This document shows positions 33,405-43,126 of a DNA stretch of 60,531 nt, one piece after another. Below the pieces are notes generated by a model that saw only the letters and a list, made by a program, of their open reading frames with translations, did not search any database and was not told where the DNA came from. This stretch comes from Verrucomicrobiota bacterium (lineage in GTDB: Bacteria > Verrucomicrobiota > Verrucomicrobiia > Methylacidiphilales > JBCCWR01), in assembly GCA_039193385.1 (NCBI GenBank), contig JBCCWR010000003.1, positions 1-60,531 on the forward strand, written 5' to 3'. Position numbers and translations under genes: made by a program. The first letter of the stretch is position 1. Each line of letters opens with the position of its first letter.

Positions 33405-34958
33405 TTAGCTGCGAATTAACTGGATCGTATTGGTATCCTTATCAAATTTTTGCCGGAGGTTTTTCGCTGATAATTTATCATAAACTACTTTAGATAGTTT
33501 ATCATAGACACCGACATCAACAGAAACTGGATCATCCATCAGATCTTCAAGGCGGCGGTTAACCAGATCAACAAACCGATGCGTTTCAATCGCCTCTTTT
33601 CCTCTTTCGTTTTGGTAAAACTCAAACCACTTTTCAATCATTTGCTCGCGCCCCTCTTCAGTATTGGCATCGTGCTCTGAGAGTTTGGGCAATACCATCT
33701 CAGATATGCTTTCACTGTCCTCTTTTCCATGAATAGAGGAAGTTCCCATATGTTGGACTTCAAATGTTAAGTGAACTTTGGATAAGTCTAATTCACCAGC
33801 GAAGGCTTTTTGGCTTAAGGAGCCGTAGAGGTTTTCGAGGTTGGATAAGCTATTTTTAATTCTATTTATAATATTTTGAGTCTTTATGTAACGTTCCTCA
33901 AAGAGGTTTTGAAGATCAATAGGTGGTCTATAAATTTTTGTTTCTTTGATTATGGTAAGATTTAGCCCACTCATAATTGCCCCTCTGGTACGGGCTTTAA
34001 ATTGTTTTAAGATATAAGGACTGGAGTGAATAGCAAAAGACAAGAATATAGGATTAGCGATTTCTTTGTTTAATGTAATGGCTGCCAAGTGCTTAGTATT
34101 AATTGCTAGAGGTATATCATCAGGAATTACTGCAGAACGTCCAATTGTTCCCATTATTGTGACAATGACATCTCTAGGATGAATTGTATAATTTTTAAGT
34201 TCTTGATATTTTGACGCAGTAATAAAACGACGTTCCCCCCAACAAAACTGATTGTTAACAGCGTTATCAATACCAAGAACCGCTACTGGACCTTCTGATA
34301 CGAATTCACTATGTAATAAATTTGATCCAAAAGGTCCTGTTCTCATGGCTCCTTTATGATTCGAAGCAAGAGTTTTGATTTCTACATAAGGCCAGTTTTC
34401 ATCTTCAGCCTTGCTTGGTGAGAACATGTCGAGAAAAACGCTTTTGAGGAAATCGTCGAGATCTTGAAGATGCTGCTTGCGTTGTGCGATAAGTCCTTCA
34501 ACTTTACTCAGCAAATAGGCTATGCGTTGTTGGTCTTCCAGTTTAATCTTAGGTAGCTCTATCCTCTCTAATGAAGGTCTACTAATATGAGGAATCGTTG
34601 CTCCAGTTGCGTTTTTTCTGAGATAAGTGAGTTTTGACCTTAATAACAGTCCAAGAAAAGTTGAATCAAGCTGTTTAGGGTCATTTATTCTAAGTCTTGC
34701 TATGGTGCTACCAGCAAATCCTGATTTCCCATAACCTATTGTACCAGCATTTGCACCATCCCAAGCAATTAAAACATCATTTTTGTCTACTTTAGTCCCT
34801 TTACTATCTTCCGTGTATTTGATTACCCCATCATGACGAAGATCTTCTATGCTAATTACTCTTGTTGAAGACTCTCCCTTTGATTCTTGAGTAGAGTGCT
34901 TTTTGCCTTTCTTTATTGAAATAAATGAGCCAAGACTTGGTGTCTCTTTATTTATCAT
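33405..34958 (-). CDS. hsdS: Type I RM specificity subunit with C-terminal extension
   Basis: GATIPHI, EDQQRIA, GPFGSNL, PPIDLQ, LSQKAFAGEL. Confidence 0.92.
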   Translation of the reverse strand: MINKETPSLGSFISIKKGKKHSTQESKGESSTRVISIEDLRHDGVIKYTEDSKGTKVDKNDVLIAWDGANAGTIGYGKSGFAGSTIARLRINDPKQLDSTFLGLLLRSKLTYLRKNATGATIPHISRPSLERIELPKIKLEDQQRIAYLLSKVEGLIAQRKQHLQDLDDFLKSVFLDMFSPSKAEDENWPYVEIKTLASNHKGAMRTGPFGSNLLHSEFVSEGPVAVLGIDNAVNNQFCWGERRFITASKYQELKNYTIHPRDVIVTIMGTIGRSAVIPDDIPLAINTKHLAAITLNKEIANPIFLSFAIHSSPYILKQFKARTRGAIMSGLNLTIIKETKIYRPPIDLQNLFEERYIKTQNIINRIKNSLSNLENLYGSLSQKAFAGELDLSKVHLTFEVQHMGTSSIHGKEDSESISEMVLPKLSEHDANTEEGREQMIEKWFEFYQNERGKEAIETHRFVDLVNRRLEDLMDDPVSVDVGVYDKLSKVVYDKLSAKNLRQKFDKDTNTIQLIRS

Positions 34959-36649
34959 CGAATCATTCCCTTCAATTCAAGGAGTTCTTTCACAATGCCT
35001 GTATTAATCTTTTTCAAACTTGCTTCGCTGGCATCTCCAACCTCAGCCTTAATGAGCTTATCTATGATATCAGCAGGAGCATCATATTCGATATGCTCTA
35101 ACTCGTCTTCTTTATATCTCCCGAGAGAAAGGTCGTAGGCTTCCTCTGCCTCGATATCTGATCGAGGCACCATGAAATATTTTTCTTTACGATCCGTATC
35201 CGTTTCAGGATTTCGAGCGTGGTATTTGGCAATGATGTCTTGTAAATCGCCATGGTTATCTTGCTTCGTTCGTTTATCATCTAAAGAGTAGCCATCTGAA
35301 TCCATCTGATAGAACCAAACATGTTCGGTTGCGGGTTTGCTGACTTTTTCTTTGGGACCCCAAACTTTAGTGAAGAGCAAGATCGCTGTTGCTACTCCAG
35401 CATAGGGTTTAAAAACACCGCTGGGCATCGTGATGACTGCTTTGAGTTCACAACGATCTATCAAGGTTTTGCGTAGGTCTTTGAATGCTTTTCCCGAACC
35501 GAAGAGCACACCTTGAGGAACGATCACACAAGCAGTGCCCCCTTTTTTCAGCAGACGGTAGATGTTTTCCACAAAAAGCAACTCTGACTTGGTTGTGCCG
35601 AGGGTAAGGTTTTCATTGATGTCCCCTTTGTCGATACTGCCTGTAAAGGGAGGGTTCGCCATCACTACATCGTATTCAGATTCTTGGTTGTAGCTTTTGC
35701 TAAGCGTGTCTTTGTAGTCGATAAGCGGCTCATCAATGCCGTGCATCATTAAATTCATCAAACCAAGCCGAACCATGGTACTATCAATATCGTAACCATA
35801 GAGTGAACTTTGCAAAATTATCTGCGCCTTCTCAGTTAGACCTGCTGCGACAGAGGTGCGAGTAAAACCATCTTCATCGGGCTGAAGGTTTTTGCTTCCC
35901 GCCTTGATCGCCAGTTGAGTCACAATGTATTGATAGGCTCCTAGCAGGAACCCACCTGAACCACAGGCAGGATCACAAATACGATGGCCTAGTTGTGGTT
36001 TCACCAAATCAGCCATGAGCTTTATAATGTGACGTGGAGTGCGGAATTGGCCATTCTTACCTGCTGTGGCTATCTCCGAGAGCAGCATCTCATAGACGTC
36101 TCCCTGGATGTCCTGAAAAGCTTGCCCCTTCTCTTGGGAGTCTTTCTCCATGACCTCGAATATCTCATCGATGGTTTTCACCGCTTCTACTAACAGTGCG
36201 GGTTTAGGGATGATGAAGACAGCATTCTTCATATGGTGGGTGAAGTTAGACTCTTCACCGTTCATATCCTTCAGGAACGGGAATACCTTGCTCTGGACAT
36301 GTTGCAGCATGTCTTCCGCCTGCATACGTTTAAATTCACTCCAACGTAGAGAACTTTTCGAAATACCAAGCTGCTTAGTCAGTTCATTACGTTCTTTTTT
36401 AGACTTGGTTTCATCGATCTTGGCTTTGTGCTCCGGTGGAATCCAAACACCTTCAAATTTTGATGTATAGCTTTCCTCGCTCCACTCAGAATCAGCCTGT
36501 TTCTTTTGATCGAGATCATCCAATCGCTTCATAAAGAGCAGGTAGGTAATCTGTTCGATCGCTGTTAATGGATTGGATATGCCACCGCTCCAGAATTTAT
36601 TCCAGAGTTGGTCGATTTTACTTTTTAGTTCAGGATTGTTTTGAAGCAT
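34955..36649 (-). CDS. hsdM: Type I RM N6-adenine methyltransferase
   Basis: GQFRTPRHI, DPACGSGGFL, NPPF. Confidence 0.96.
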   Translation of the reverse strand: MLQNNPELKSKIDQLWNKFWSGGISNPLTAIEQITYLLFMKRLDDLDQKKQADSEWSEESYTSKFEGVWIPPEHKAKIDETKSKKERNELTKQLGISKSSLRWSEFKRMQAEDMLQHVQSKVFPFLKDMNGEESNFTHHMKNAVFIIPKPALLVEAVKTIDEIFEVMEKDSQEKGQAFQDIQGDVYEMLLSEIATAGKNGQFRTPRHIIKLMADLVKPQLGHRICDPACGSGGFLLGAYQYIVTQLAIKAGSKNLQPDEDGFTRTSVAAGLTEKAQIILQSSLYGYDIDSTMVRLGLMNLMMHGIDEPLIDYKDTLSKSYNQESEYDVVMANPPFTGSIDKGDINENLTLGTTKSELLFVENIYRLLKKGGTACVIVPQGVLFGSGKAFKDLRKTLIDRCELKAVITMPSGVFKPYAGVATAILLFTKVWGPKEKVSKPATEHVWFYQMDSDGYSLDDKRTKQDNHGDLQDIIAKYHARNPETDTDRKEKYFMVPRSDIEAEEAYDLSLGRYKEDELEHIEYDAPADIIDKLIKAEVGDASEASLKKINTGIVKELLELKGMIR

Positions 36650-36665
36650 TTTCTTAAATTCATTG

Positions 36666-39476
36666 TTATGCGGCGAGTGCAGTCGTCAGTCTGAGAACCT
36701 CGTCGATCTCAGCCGGGCTAAAAACGCCACGAATTCCTTGAGGGTGAATAACGGTGAAAGGTGCGCGAATAAGGTCTTTCTTCTCAACCTTTTCACGTTC
36801 AATGATAAATCCCTTCAACAGATTGAGGAATTCCATCTGACGGCTACTTAGGTTTGTATGTTCGCGATAAAATTTTTCAAAAGCTTCGCTTACTGTTTCG
36901 GGAAAGCTTTTCAGGATTTCAATACCAAGAATATGTCGAATAAATTGGATGAACGTTGCTTTTCGATTCTGGTAAACCTGACGTAGCAGGTCTTCAGTAA
37001 TGTGCGGATGCTCCGAAAGTAGCAGGTCGGCTAGGGAGTTAGCTTCTTCAGAAGAGACTTCTTCACCGTTCTTGATTTTAAGTAAGACAGGATTCGCCTC
37101 CGTAAGTTCAGCGATGAGATTTTCAACCATTTCACGGTAACGGCTTATGCTGACAGCTTCATTTTCCGGGCCGAACTCAACCCGCTCTTTGTTATGCAAC
37201 ACATCGGTCAAATCGAGTTGAATGGGATCGGAACTCTTGTCGCCCTCACGGAATTTCATTAATGGCCCAAGCCTGCTATTCAACGCATCTAAAGAATCCT
37301 CCAGCTGAATGATGTTTTCACGTTTCCAGAAGGATTCTCTTTGGGCGTCTCTGATGAGATCAGCTTCAACTTTGACAAAACCAACGGAAAGTGGGAGTTC
37401 GCCAATCTGTTCGATGATGCCACTCCTAAGCGTTGCCGCCTTGTCGGATTCTTTAGAAAGAACAGAAAGCGAATATTCGATCAAATCGCGCTCAAAACGC
37501 ATGGCCTTGAAATCCACCTCTGAAATCGTTCGCATGAGAGGCTTAATTTCGGATCTAAGAAATTCAACTTTTTCATGTGTGAGTTTGATCCAATAGTTTT
37601 CATCTTCAACCTTCGTGAGCATTTCAGCAGCTTCAATCACAACAACTGAATTTTGAGGCAGGTCTTTGATTTGTGTTCTAAGCTTAGCGGCTTCTCTGGA
37701 GCAGATTAATTCTTCGTTTGTTTCAATCGCTTTCTCAGTTTTATCGAGGCGAAGACCAAATAACCTAACAGGTAAGGGAAGCTGTGGCTTCAATTCCTTT
37801 CCTTTGGGTTGCAGTTTAAAATACTCAAAGTTGTCCCAGCAATCGAGAATGAGAAAGACATCTTTTTCAGTACACCAGGGTTTCACTTTACCGGGATCTA
37901 ACAATCGCGTGCCGCGACCGATCATTTGCCAAAATTTAGTGTAAGAATAAACGGGTTTGGCAAAGACTAAATTGACGAGTTCTCGGACGTCGATTCCTGT
38001 ATCCAGCATATCCACACTGATAGCGATACGCGGCATGTCATTATGGATAAACTGATCCAGAAGCCCACTTTTTCCATAAACGCGTGGATCATCAGAAACA
38101 AGCACTTTGGCTAACTCACCTTTATATTGAGGATAGAGCTTATCAAAGATTTCTTCGATACGTCTTGCATGAGATTTCGATGAACAAAAGAAGATGGATT
38201 TACCAGGCAGCACCCCATTGGCATCCTTGATGGATTCCTCCATGAATTCACGGACGATGAGCGTATTAGTTCCCTGGTTTATGACTTTTTTCTCAAGCTG
38301 AGTGCCTTCGAAATTAATTTCTTCAACTTCCTTGCCTTCAAGCATCAGCTTCTTTTGGTCTTCAAGTGTAATGGTGCGCTTACTTATACCCTCCATCTGA
38401 AAGCGCGTCTGAATCTTCATAACCTGAAAATTGCACAGATAAGGAGGCATATTATTTACGGCTTCTTCAAATGTATAGGCGAAGGTCGGCAAACCATCTT
38501 CACAGTGAAAAAGTTGAAAAGTATTATGATCGATGATATCCGTTGGCGTTGCCGTTAAACCTACTGTTATGGTTTTAAAATAATCCAATACCTCACAATA
38601 AGTGTTGTAAATGGAGCGGTGACTCTCATCGACGACGATAAAGTCAAAAAAATGAGGTGAAAGGTGCTGAATATCATCGCGAATAATGTTCAGCATGGTG
38701 GGGTAGGTAGAAACGTAGATACGTCTATCTTGAGCTATCAACTTTTCCCCTACATTTGGCCACCGTGGTTCATTGGGAAGGTGCTCCTTGAAAGCTGAGA
38801 TTGCCTGCTCTCGAAGCGCTATTCGGTCGACCAAAAACAAAATACGCTCTGCATGTCCTGATCGCATGAGTGTATCAACCAATGAAATGCAGGTGCGTGT
38901 CTTTCCTGTTCCTGTGGCCATAACCAAGAGAAAGTCTCGCTTCTTATTTTCAATTCCCTCTAAAACCGCTCGAATGGCTCTGATCTGGTAATCACGTCCA
39001 GCGATATCCGTGTTGATCAATTCTTGAGTCAGTGGTTTGCGATTCCTACGAATATATTGAAACCGCTCCATATCGTCTCTAGTGGGGAATCCCACAACTT
39101 TGCGAGGAGGATAGTTTTCTAAATCCCAGAAAAAAGTATTCAGCCCATTGGTGTAAAAACAAAAGGGTAATTCTCCACCAAGTTGTTTCTGAATGTTATA
39201 ACAGTATTGCTTTGCTTGCTCGCGCCCTATCGCCGCATCTTTGCTTGATTTTTTGGCTTCAACCACCGCAAGCGGTTTACCGTCTTTTCCAAGTAGCACA
39301 TAGTCGCTAAATTGGTGGCCTGCATATGGGGCAGAAGCTTCCTTAAGGCTGTTTAAAGGTTCCGTGAGAATATCAAACTCCTCGATAACTTGAGTTGGAT
39401 CTGAAATATTCCAACCAGACTGGGCAAGCTGCTGATCAATCAATTGTGACCGAGTCTGTGCCTCCGTTTTGCTCAT
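36666..39476 (-). CDS. hsdR: Type I RM restriction subunit (EcoAI/EcoEI-like)
   Basis: SDYVL...VVEAKK nuclease, MATGTGKT, DESH, TATP, QMIGRGTR. Confidence 0.96.
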   Translation of the reverse strand: MSKTEAQTRSQLIDQQLAQSGWNISDPTQVIEEFDILTEPLNSLKEASAPYAGHQFSDYVLLGKDGKPLAVVEAKKSSKDAAIGREQAKQYCYNIQKQLGGELPFCFYTNGLNTFFWDLENYPPRKVVGFPTRDDMERFQYIRRNRKPLTQELINTDIAGRDYQIRAIRAVLEGIENKKRDFLLVMATGTGKTRTCISLVDTLMRSGHAERILFLVDRIALREQAISAFKEHLPNEPRWPNVGEKLIAQDRRIYVSTYPTMLNIIRDDIQHLSPHFFDFIVVDESHRSIYNTYCEVLDYFKTITVGLTATPTDIIDHNTFQLFHCEDGLPTFAYTFEEAVNNMPPYLCNFQVMKIQTRFQMEGISKRTITLEDQKKLMLEGKEVEEINFEGTQLEKKVINQGTNTLIVREFMEESIKDANGVLPGKSIFFCSSKSHARRIEEIFDKLYPQYKGELAKVLVSDDPRVYGKSGLLDQFIHNDMPRIAISVDMLDTGIDVRELVNLVFAKPVYSYTKFWQMIGRGTRLLDPGKVKPWCTEKDVFLILDCWDNFEYFKLQPKGKELKPQLPLPVRLFGLRLDKTEKAIETNEELICSREAAKLRTQIKDLPQNSVVVIEAAEMLTKVEDENYWIKLTHEKVEFLRSEIKPLMRTISEVDFKAMRFERDLIEYSLSVLSKESDKAATLRSGIIEQIGELPLSVGFVKVEADLIRDAQRESFWKRENIIQLEDSLDALNSRLGPLMKFREGDKSSDPIQLDLTDVLHNKERVEFGPENEAVSISRYREMVENLIAELTEANPVLLKIKNGEEVSSEEANSLADLLLSEHPHITEDLLRQVYQNRKATFIQFIRHILGIEILKSFPETVSEAFEKFYREHTNLSSRQMEFLNLLKGFIIEREKVEKKDLIRAPFTVIHPQGIRGVFSPAEIDEVLRLTTALAA

Positions 39477-39477
39477 A

Positions 39478-39681
39478 TTATAGCTTTCCTTCCTTCTTCA
39501 TTCCTATGCAGAAGGTATCGAACGATTTCTGTGCTAGTCGGGAGGGAGTTGTTTTCCCGTTTTCCCATCGATTTACCGTCGAAAAACTAATACCCAATTC
39601 ACGCGCAAGGTCTTCTTGGCTGATACCAAGTTTTTCTCTTACCGATTTAACTGTATCAGAAAATTGTCTGGTGTTGGTCAC
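39478..39681 (-). CDS. XRE HTH regulator leading the RM operon
   Basis: ISQEDLARELGISFSTVNRWENGKTTP; 1 bp before hsdR. Confidence 0.9.
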   Translation of the reverse strand: MTNTRQFSDTVKSVREKLGISQEDLARELGISFSTVNRWENGKTTPSRLAQKSFDTFCIGMKKEGKL

Positions 39682-39700
39682 ATCTCGAATTCAACCCAAC

Positions 39701-39710
39701 TGCTATAGCA
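39701..39710. promoter_or_regulatory. Palindrome TGCTATAGCA, candidate operator overlapping an extended -10
   Basis: Perfect 10-bp palindrome about 20 bp upstream of the HTH start. Confidence 0.4.
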
Positions 39711-39740
39711 TCTGCAAGCATATTAAGTCGACAGAGAAAA

Positions 39741-39971
39741 CTAATAATCCTTCTCTGATAGGTAAGAACCAACACTAAAGCCGAGGGCATTAGCTACTTT
39801 TAAAAGCGTGTAAAGTGTTGGGTTTATCTCAAGGCTTTCTAAGTGTCTTAGCCCTGTTCGACTGATTCCTGCCAGTTCGCTGAGCCTTTGCTGTGAGATT
39901 TCCTGACGCTTTCTTTTCAGCCTTGAATGAATAAATGATGAGCGATAAGCCATTTCCATTTTTAAACTCAT
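39741..39971 (-). CDS. XRE HTH protein
   Basis: ISQQRLSELAGISRTGLRHLE...NPTLYTLLKVANALG. Confidence 0.8.
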   Translation of the reverse strand: MSLKMEMAYRSSFIHSRLKRKRQEISQQRLSELAGISRTGLRHLESLEINPTLYTLLKVANALGFSVGSYLSEKDY

Positions 39972-40009
39972 AGTGCTCTTTGATTATAAGATAAAATCAC
40001 CGCTGCTTT

Positions 40010-41098
40010 TTAAGACCTAACCAGCACTGCCAGGCATTCTATGTGCGCGGTCCGAGGAAACATATCAACAGGTTGGAAGGCATCGGCTTTCCATTTTGGA
40101 CTCAAGCGTTTGAGGTCACGCGCCAGGGTGGACGGATTACAAGACAGGTAAATGATCTGCTCAAAGTCCAACGTAGAGATCTGATCCACAACATCTTTGC
40201 TCAAACCTTCACGAGGCGGGTCAATCAATAAACCCACCGGCTCTGCTTCGCACCATTCATAGGCACGCTTTAAGTGATCTGCAAAATCCCCCTCAATCAA
40301 ACGAGTGCGCGAGGATAAGCTTTTCTGTGCCTCATCCACAGCACGCTTATCGGACTCAATACTAATGATAAACTCCACCTCCTGCTCTATGACTTCAGAG
40401 AAAAAACCCACTCCGGCATAACCTTCTACAATGGAACGCAAGCGATGATCTACCGCTTCGCGCACCAGCTTTCTCAGAGGCTCAAGCAAAAAGCGATTTG
40501 CCTGAAAAAAAGCCGCATGAGGAATATCTGTAGCGCGTAGCGAATAATGCTCCCGCATAGAACCGCGTCGCTGACGCAGCTCGGTTAATTTTAAATTCAC
40601 CTCCTTTGAGGCGATGGCGCATTGATCAATATCAATAACATCACGTGAATCCTTACCATGATAGCCTATCTTTCCCCGCTGTGTATGAACACTGATGCGG
40701 TTGCGATAGCCATAGGCACTCTCACCACGTATGAAAGGTCGGATGCGAGGGTTTTCTATACCGCCAATTTTCTGCAACACATCACGCAGTTGCTTCTCCT
40801 TCACACGCAACTCTTCTGCATAACTCATATGCTGGTAATTACAGCCACCGCATACTCCGAAGTAAGCGCAATGTGGCTTTTCCCGCGCGCTGCTTGTTTC
40901 CAGCAATTCCAGGACAATGCCTCGGTAGAAATTCTTCCTATCCTGGGTTACTTGAACTAAAGCTCGTTCACCGACCAGAACATAAGGCACAAAAATAACT
41001 CTGCCTTTATGCCGGGCGACGCCTTCTCCACCGAAAGCAATATCCACAATCTCCACCTCCAGGACAGTGCCTACCTGAATACGCTTTTGTTCTCTCAC
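40010..41098 (-). CDS. TRAM-domain RNA m5U methyltransferase (RlmD/TrmA family)
   Basis: CAYFGVCGGC 4Fe-4S motif, FFQAN, DPPREG, YLSCNP, DMFPRTAHIE. Confidence 0.92.
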   Translation of the reverse strand: MREQKRIQVGTVLEVEIVDIAFGGEGVARHKGRVIFVPYVLVGERALVQVTQDRKNFYRGIVLELLETSSAREKPHCAYFGVCGGCNYQHMSYAEELRVKEKQLRDVLQKIGGIENPRIRPFIRGESAYGYRNRISVHTQRGKIGYHGKDSRDVIDIDQCAIASKEVNLKLTELRQRRGSMREHYSLRATDIPHAAFFQANRFLLEPLRKLVREAVDHRLRSIVEGYAGVGFFSEVIEQEVEFIISIESDKRAVDEAQKSLSSRTRLIEGDFADHLKRAYEWCEAEPVGLLIDPPREGLSKDVVDQISTLDFEQIIYLSCNPSTLARDLKRLSPKWKADAFQPVDMFPRTAHIECLAVLVRS

Positions 41099-41314
41099 TT
41101 TAACCGTTCTTATTGATTATCTCAGTTTATCACTAAAACACCCATCTTCTATCATACTATTACGTCCAGAATGATTTGAGGATTTTACTTCGCTGGATGT
41201 TCTCATCTATCATGCAATATGTCGTGGTTTTATTTAACCCGCATGGATGTAAAACACGTACATCCCTTTTCGCAAACAAAGTGATCAAGCTATGCTAGCC
41301 TAAACCAGCCCAAG

Positions 41315-43126
41315 CTAACTCAAACTAGCCATATAATGTCGCCAGCTGCCAAACTCCGTAATATCTTTGGCATCCACAATGGCATGACCTTCACAGATGA
41401 AACCGGAAACCCAGGTGCCATCGGCTAGTTCAAGCTTCCCTATTCCCAATGGTTGAGGGATGCCTGCAACAAAAGAACCAAAATACTCCAGAGGCATGTC
41501 CCAAACTTCCACTTCGATGCATGCTCCATGGGCCTCATCCCGGATAAGCCCCGGTCGATAGGGAGGACCGCCAGCCAGAGCATAAAAGCGGTAATTTTCT
41601 GAAGTCGTTGTTTTTAGCTTCAAGGAAGCTTCCCGCTCCGTAAGTTGAGCATTCAGAGGAAACCCTTCCAGATGCGCTCCACAAACTGCCACAGAAACTG
41701 TTTCCACAGAATCGTCTCTTTCAAGTTGTGGTGTATCCGTGATACATATTTTTGTTTTGCCAATATTAAGTTCTGTCTCTCTGTGATAAGCATCCGCAAC
41801 TCGCAAAAGAAACACATCATGATGAGCAGGTGCGATTAATGTTGCACCAAAAGGAAGCCCATTCTCATCGAAACCCACAGGTACGGCCACTGCACTCAAA
41901 TCGAGCAAGTTCATGAAGTTTGTATAGTAGCCCAGATTCGTATTGAGCTGAATAGGGTCGTTTGCGACTTCTGTCATCTTATAAATTTTTCCGACTGTGG
42001 GCGTGATGATGAGATCAAAGTTCTCCCATAGTTTTTCACTGGCACGTTTTAATTCCTTCAGACGATACATGGCCTTAAAGGTATCCGCGGCGGAGGGCTT
42101 TGCACCGCCCTCAATAATCTGTCGCGTTACGGGGAAAACCGCATCAGCGTGATCTTTGAGAAAGTCTCTGATAGCGACATACCGTTCTGCAACCCAGGGT
42201 CCTTGATAAAGCAGTGCGGCTGCATCAAGTAAGGGCGAAAAGTCTGCCTCGATCATGTGATGGCCTAAATTCTTAAAATGTGTCAGACCATTCTTAAACA
42301 ATGCTTCATTCTGAGTTTCACCCCAAAAATTCAATTGTGATTTTTGAGGAGTGGCGATGCGGAGCGAATCCAATGCACCCCATTTTTTAGATGCCGTCTG
42401 AATGGGTCTGGCATAAACATCATGCTCATCATATTGCGCCGCACACTGGAAAACTTGTTGAGCATCCTTTGCTGTTAAGGCAAAAATGGAGACACAGTCC
42501 AGGCTACGACATGCCGGAACAACACCGCTTGTGCTTAAAGCACCATGCGTCGGTTTCAATCCTATCAGATTATTGAATCCAGCCGGGACACGCCCGGAAC
42601 CTGCTGTATCCGTACCCAGAGAAAAACTAACCCATGCATGAGCCACAGCAACGGCAGAACCTGAACTGGAGCCACCCGAGATATATTCGACATCAAAGGC
42701 ATTGGGACATGCCCCATAAGGTGAACGTGTTCCTACCAACCCCGTAGCAAACTGATCCATGTTTGTTTTACCCAATGGAATGGCTCCGGCATCGGTGAGC
42801 TTTTGTACGACAAAGGCAGATTTCTCCGGAGTGTAGGCAAATTCAGGACAGGCGGCAGTGGTTGGAATGCCGGCCAAGTCAATATTATCTTTAATGGCAA
42901 AGGGCACCCCAAAGAGAGGTAGATCTTCTATAGTATGAGTTTCCAGACGCGATAAGTAGGACTCAAGATCGTCCATGTTGAATAGATGAATCCATACTCG
43001 CATCCAGTCATCCGTCTGGCGTATCTCAAGGAGAAGTTTTTCTATCAACATTCGCGGCGTCGTGCTGCCGGACTGATAAGCCTTGCGCAACGCATCAATG
43101 CCCATGTATTCAACAGAAGAATTCAT
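41315..43126 (-). CDS. atzF: Allophanate hydrolase
   Basis: KDNID, GGSSSGS, GTDTAGSGRVPA; C-terminal VAVCGAHL domain. Confidence 0.96.
   Translation of the reverse strand: MNSSVEYMGIDALRKAYQSGSTTPRMLIEKLLLEIRQTDDWMRVWIHLFNMDDLESYLSRLETHTIEDLPLFGVPFAIKDNIDLAGIPTTAACPEFAYTPEKSAFVVQKLTDAGAIPLGKTNMDQFATGLVGTRSPYGACPNAFDVEYISGGSSSGSAVAVAHAWVSFSLGTDTAGSGRVPAGFNNLIGLKPTHGALSTSGVVPACRSLDCVSIFALTAKDAQQVFQCAAQYDEHDVYARPIQTASKKWGALDSLRIATPQKSQLNFWGETQNEALFKNGLTHFKNLGHHMIEADFSPLLDAAALLYQGPWVAERYVAIRDFLKDHADAVFPVTRQIIEGGAKPSAADTFKAMYRLKELKRASEKLWENFDLIITPTVGKIYKMTEVANDPIQLNTNLGYYTNFMNLLDLSAVAVPVGFDENGLPFGATLIAPAHHDVFLLRVADAYHRETELNIGKTKICITDTPQLERDDSVETVSVAVCGAHLEGFPLNAQLTEREASLKLKTTTSENYRFYALAGGPPYRPGLIRDEAHGACIEVEVWDMPLEYFGSFVAGIPQPLGIGKLELADGTWVSGFICEGHAIVDAKDITEFGSWRHYMASLS

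Larger units (their letters stand above)
30410..39971. mobile_element. tRNA-fMet-linked defence island, no integrase visible (likely remnant)
   Basis: Starts at the tRNA 3' duplication; contains an RM/ATPase/HNH operon and HTH genes; housekeeping resumes at 40010; right boundary approximate. Confidence 0.6.
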
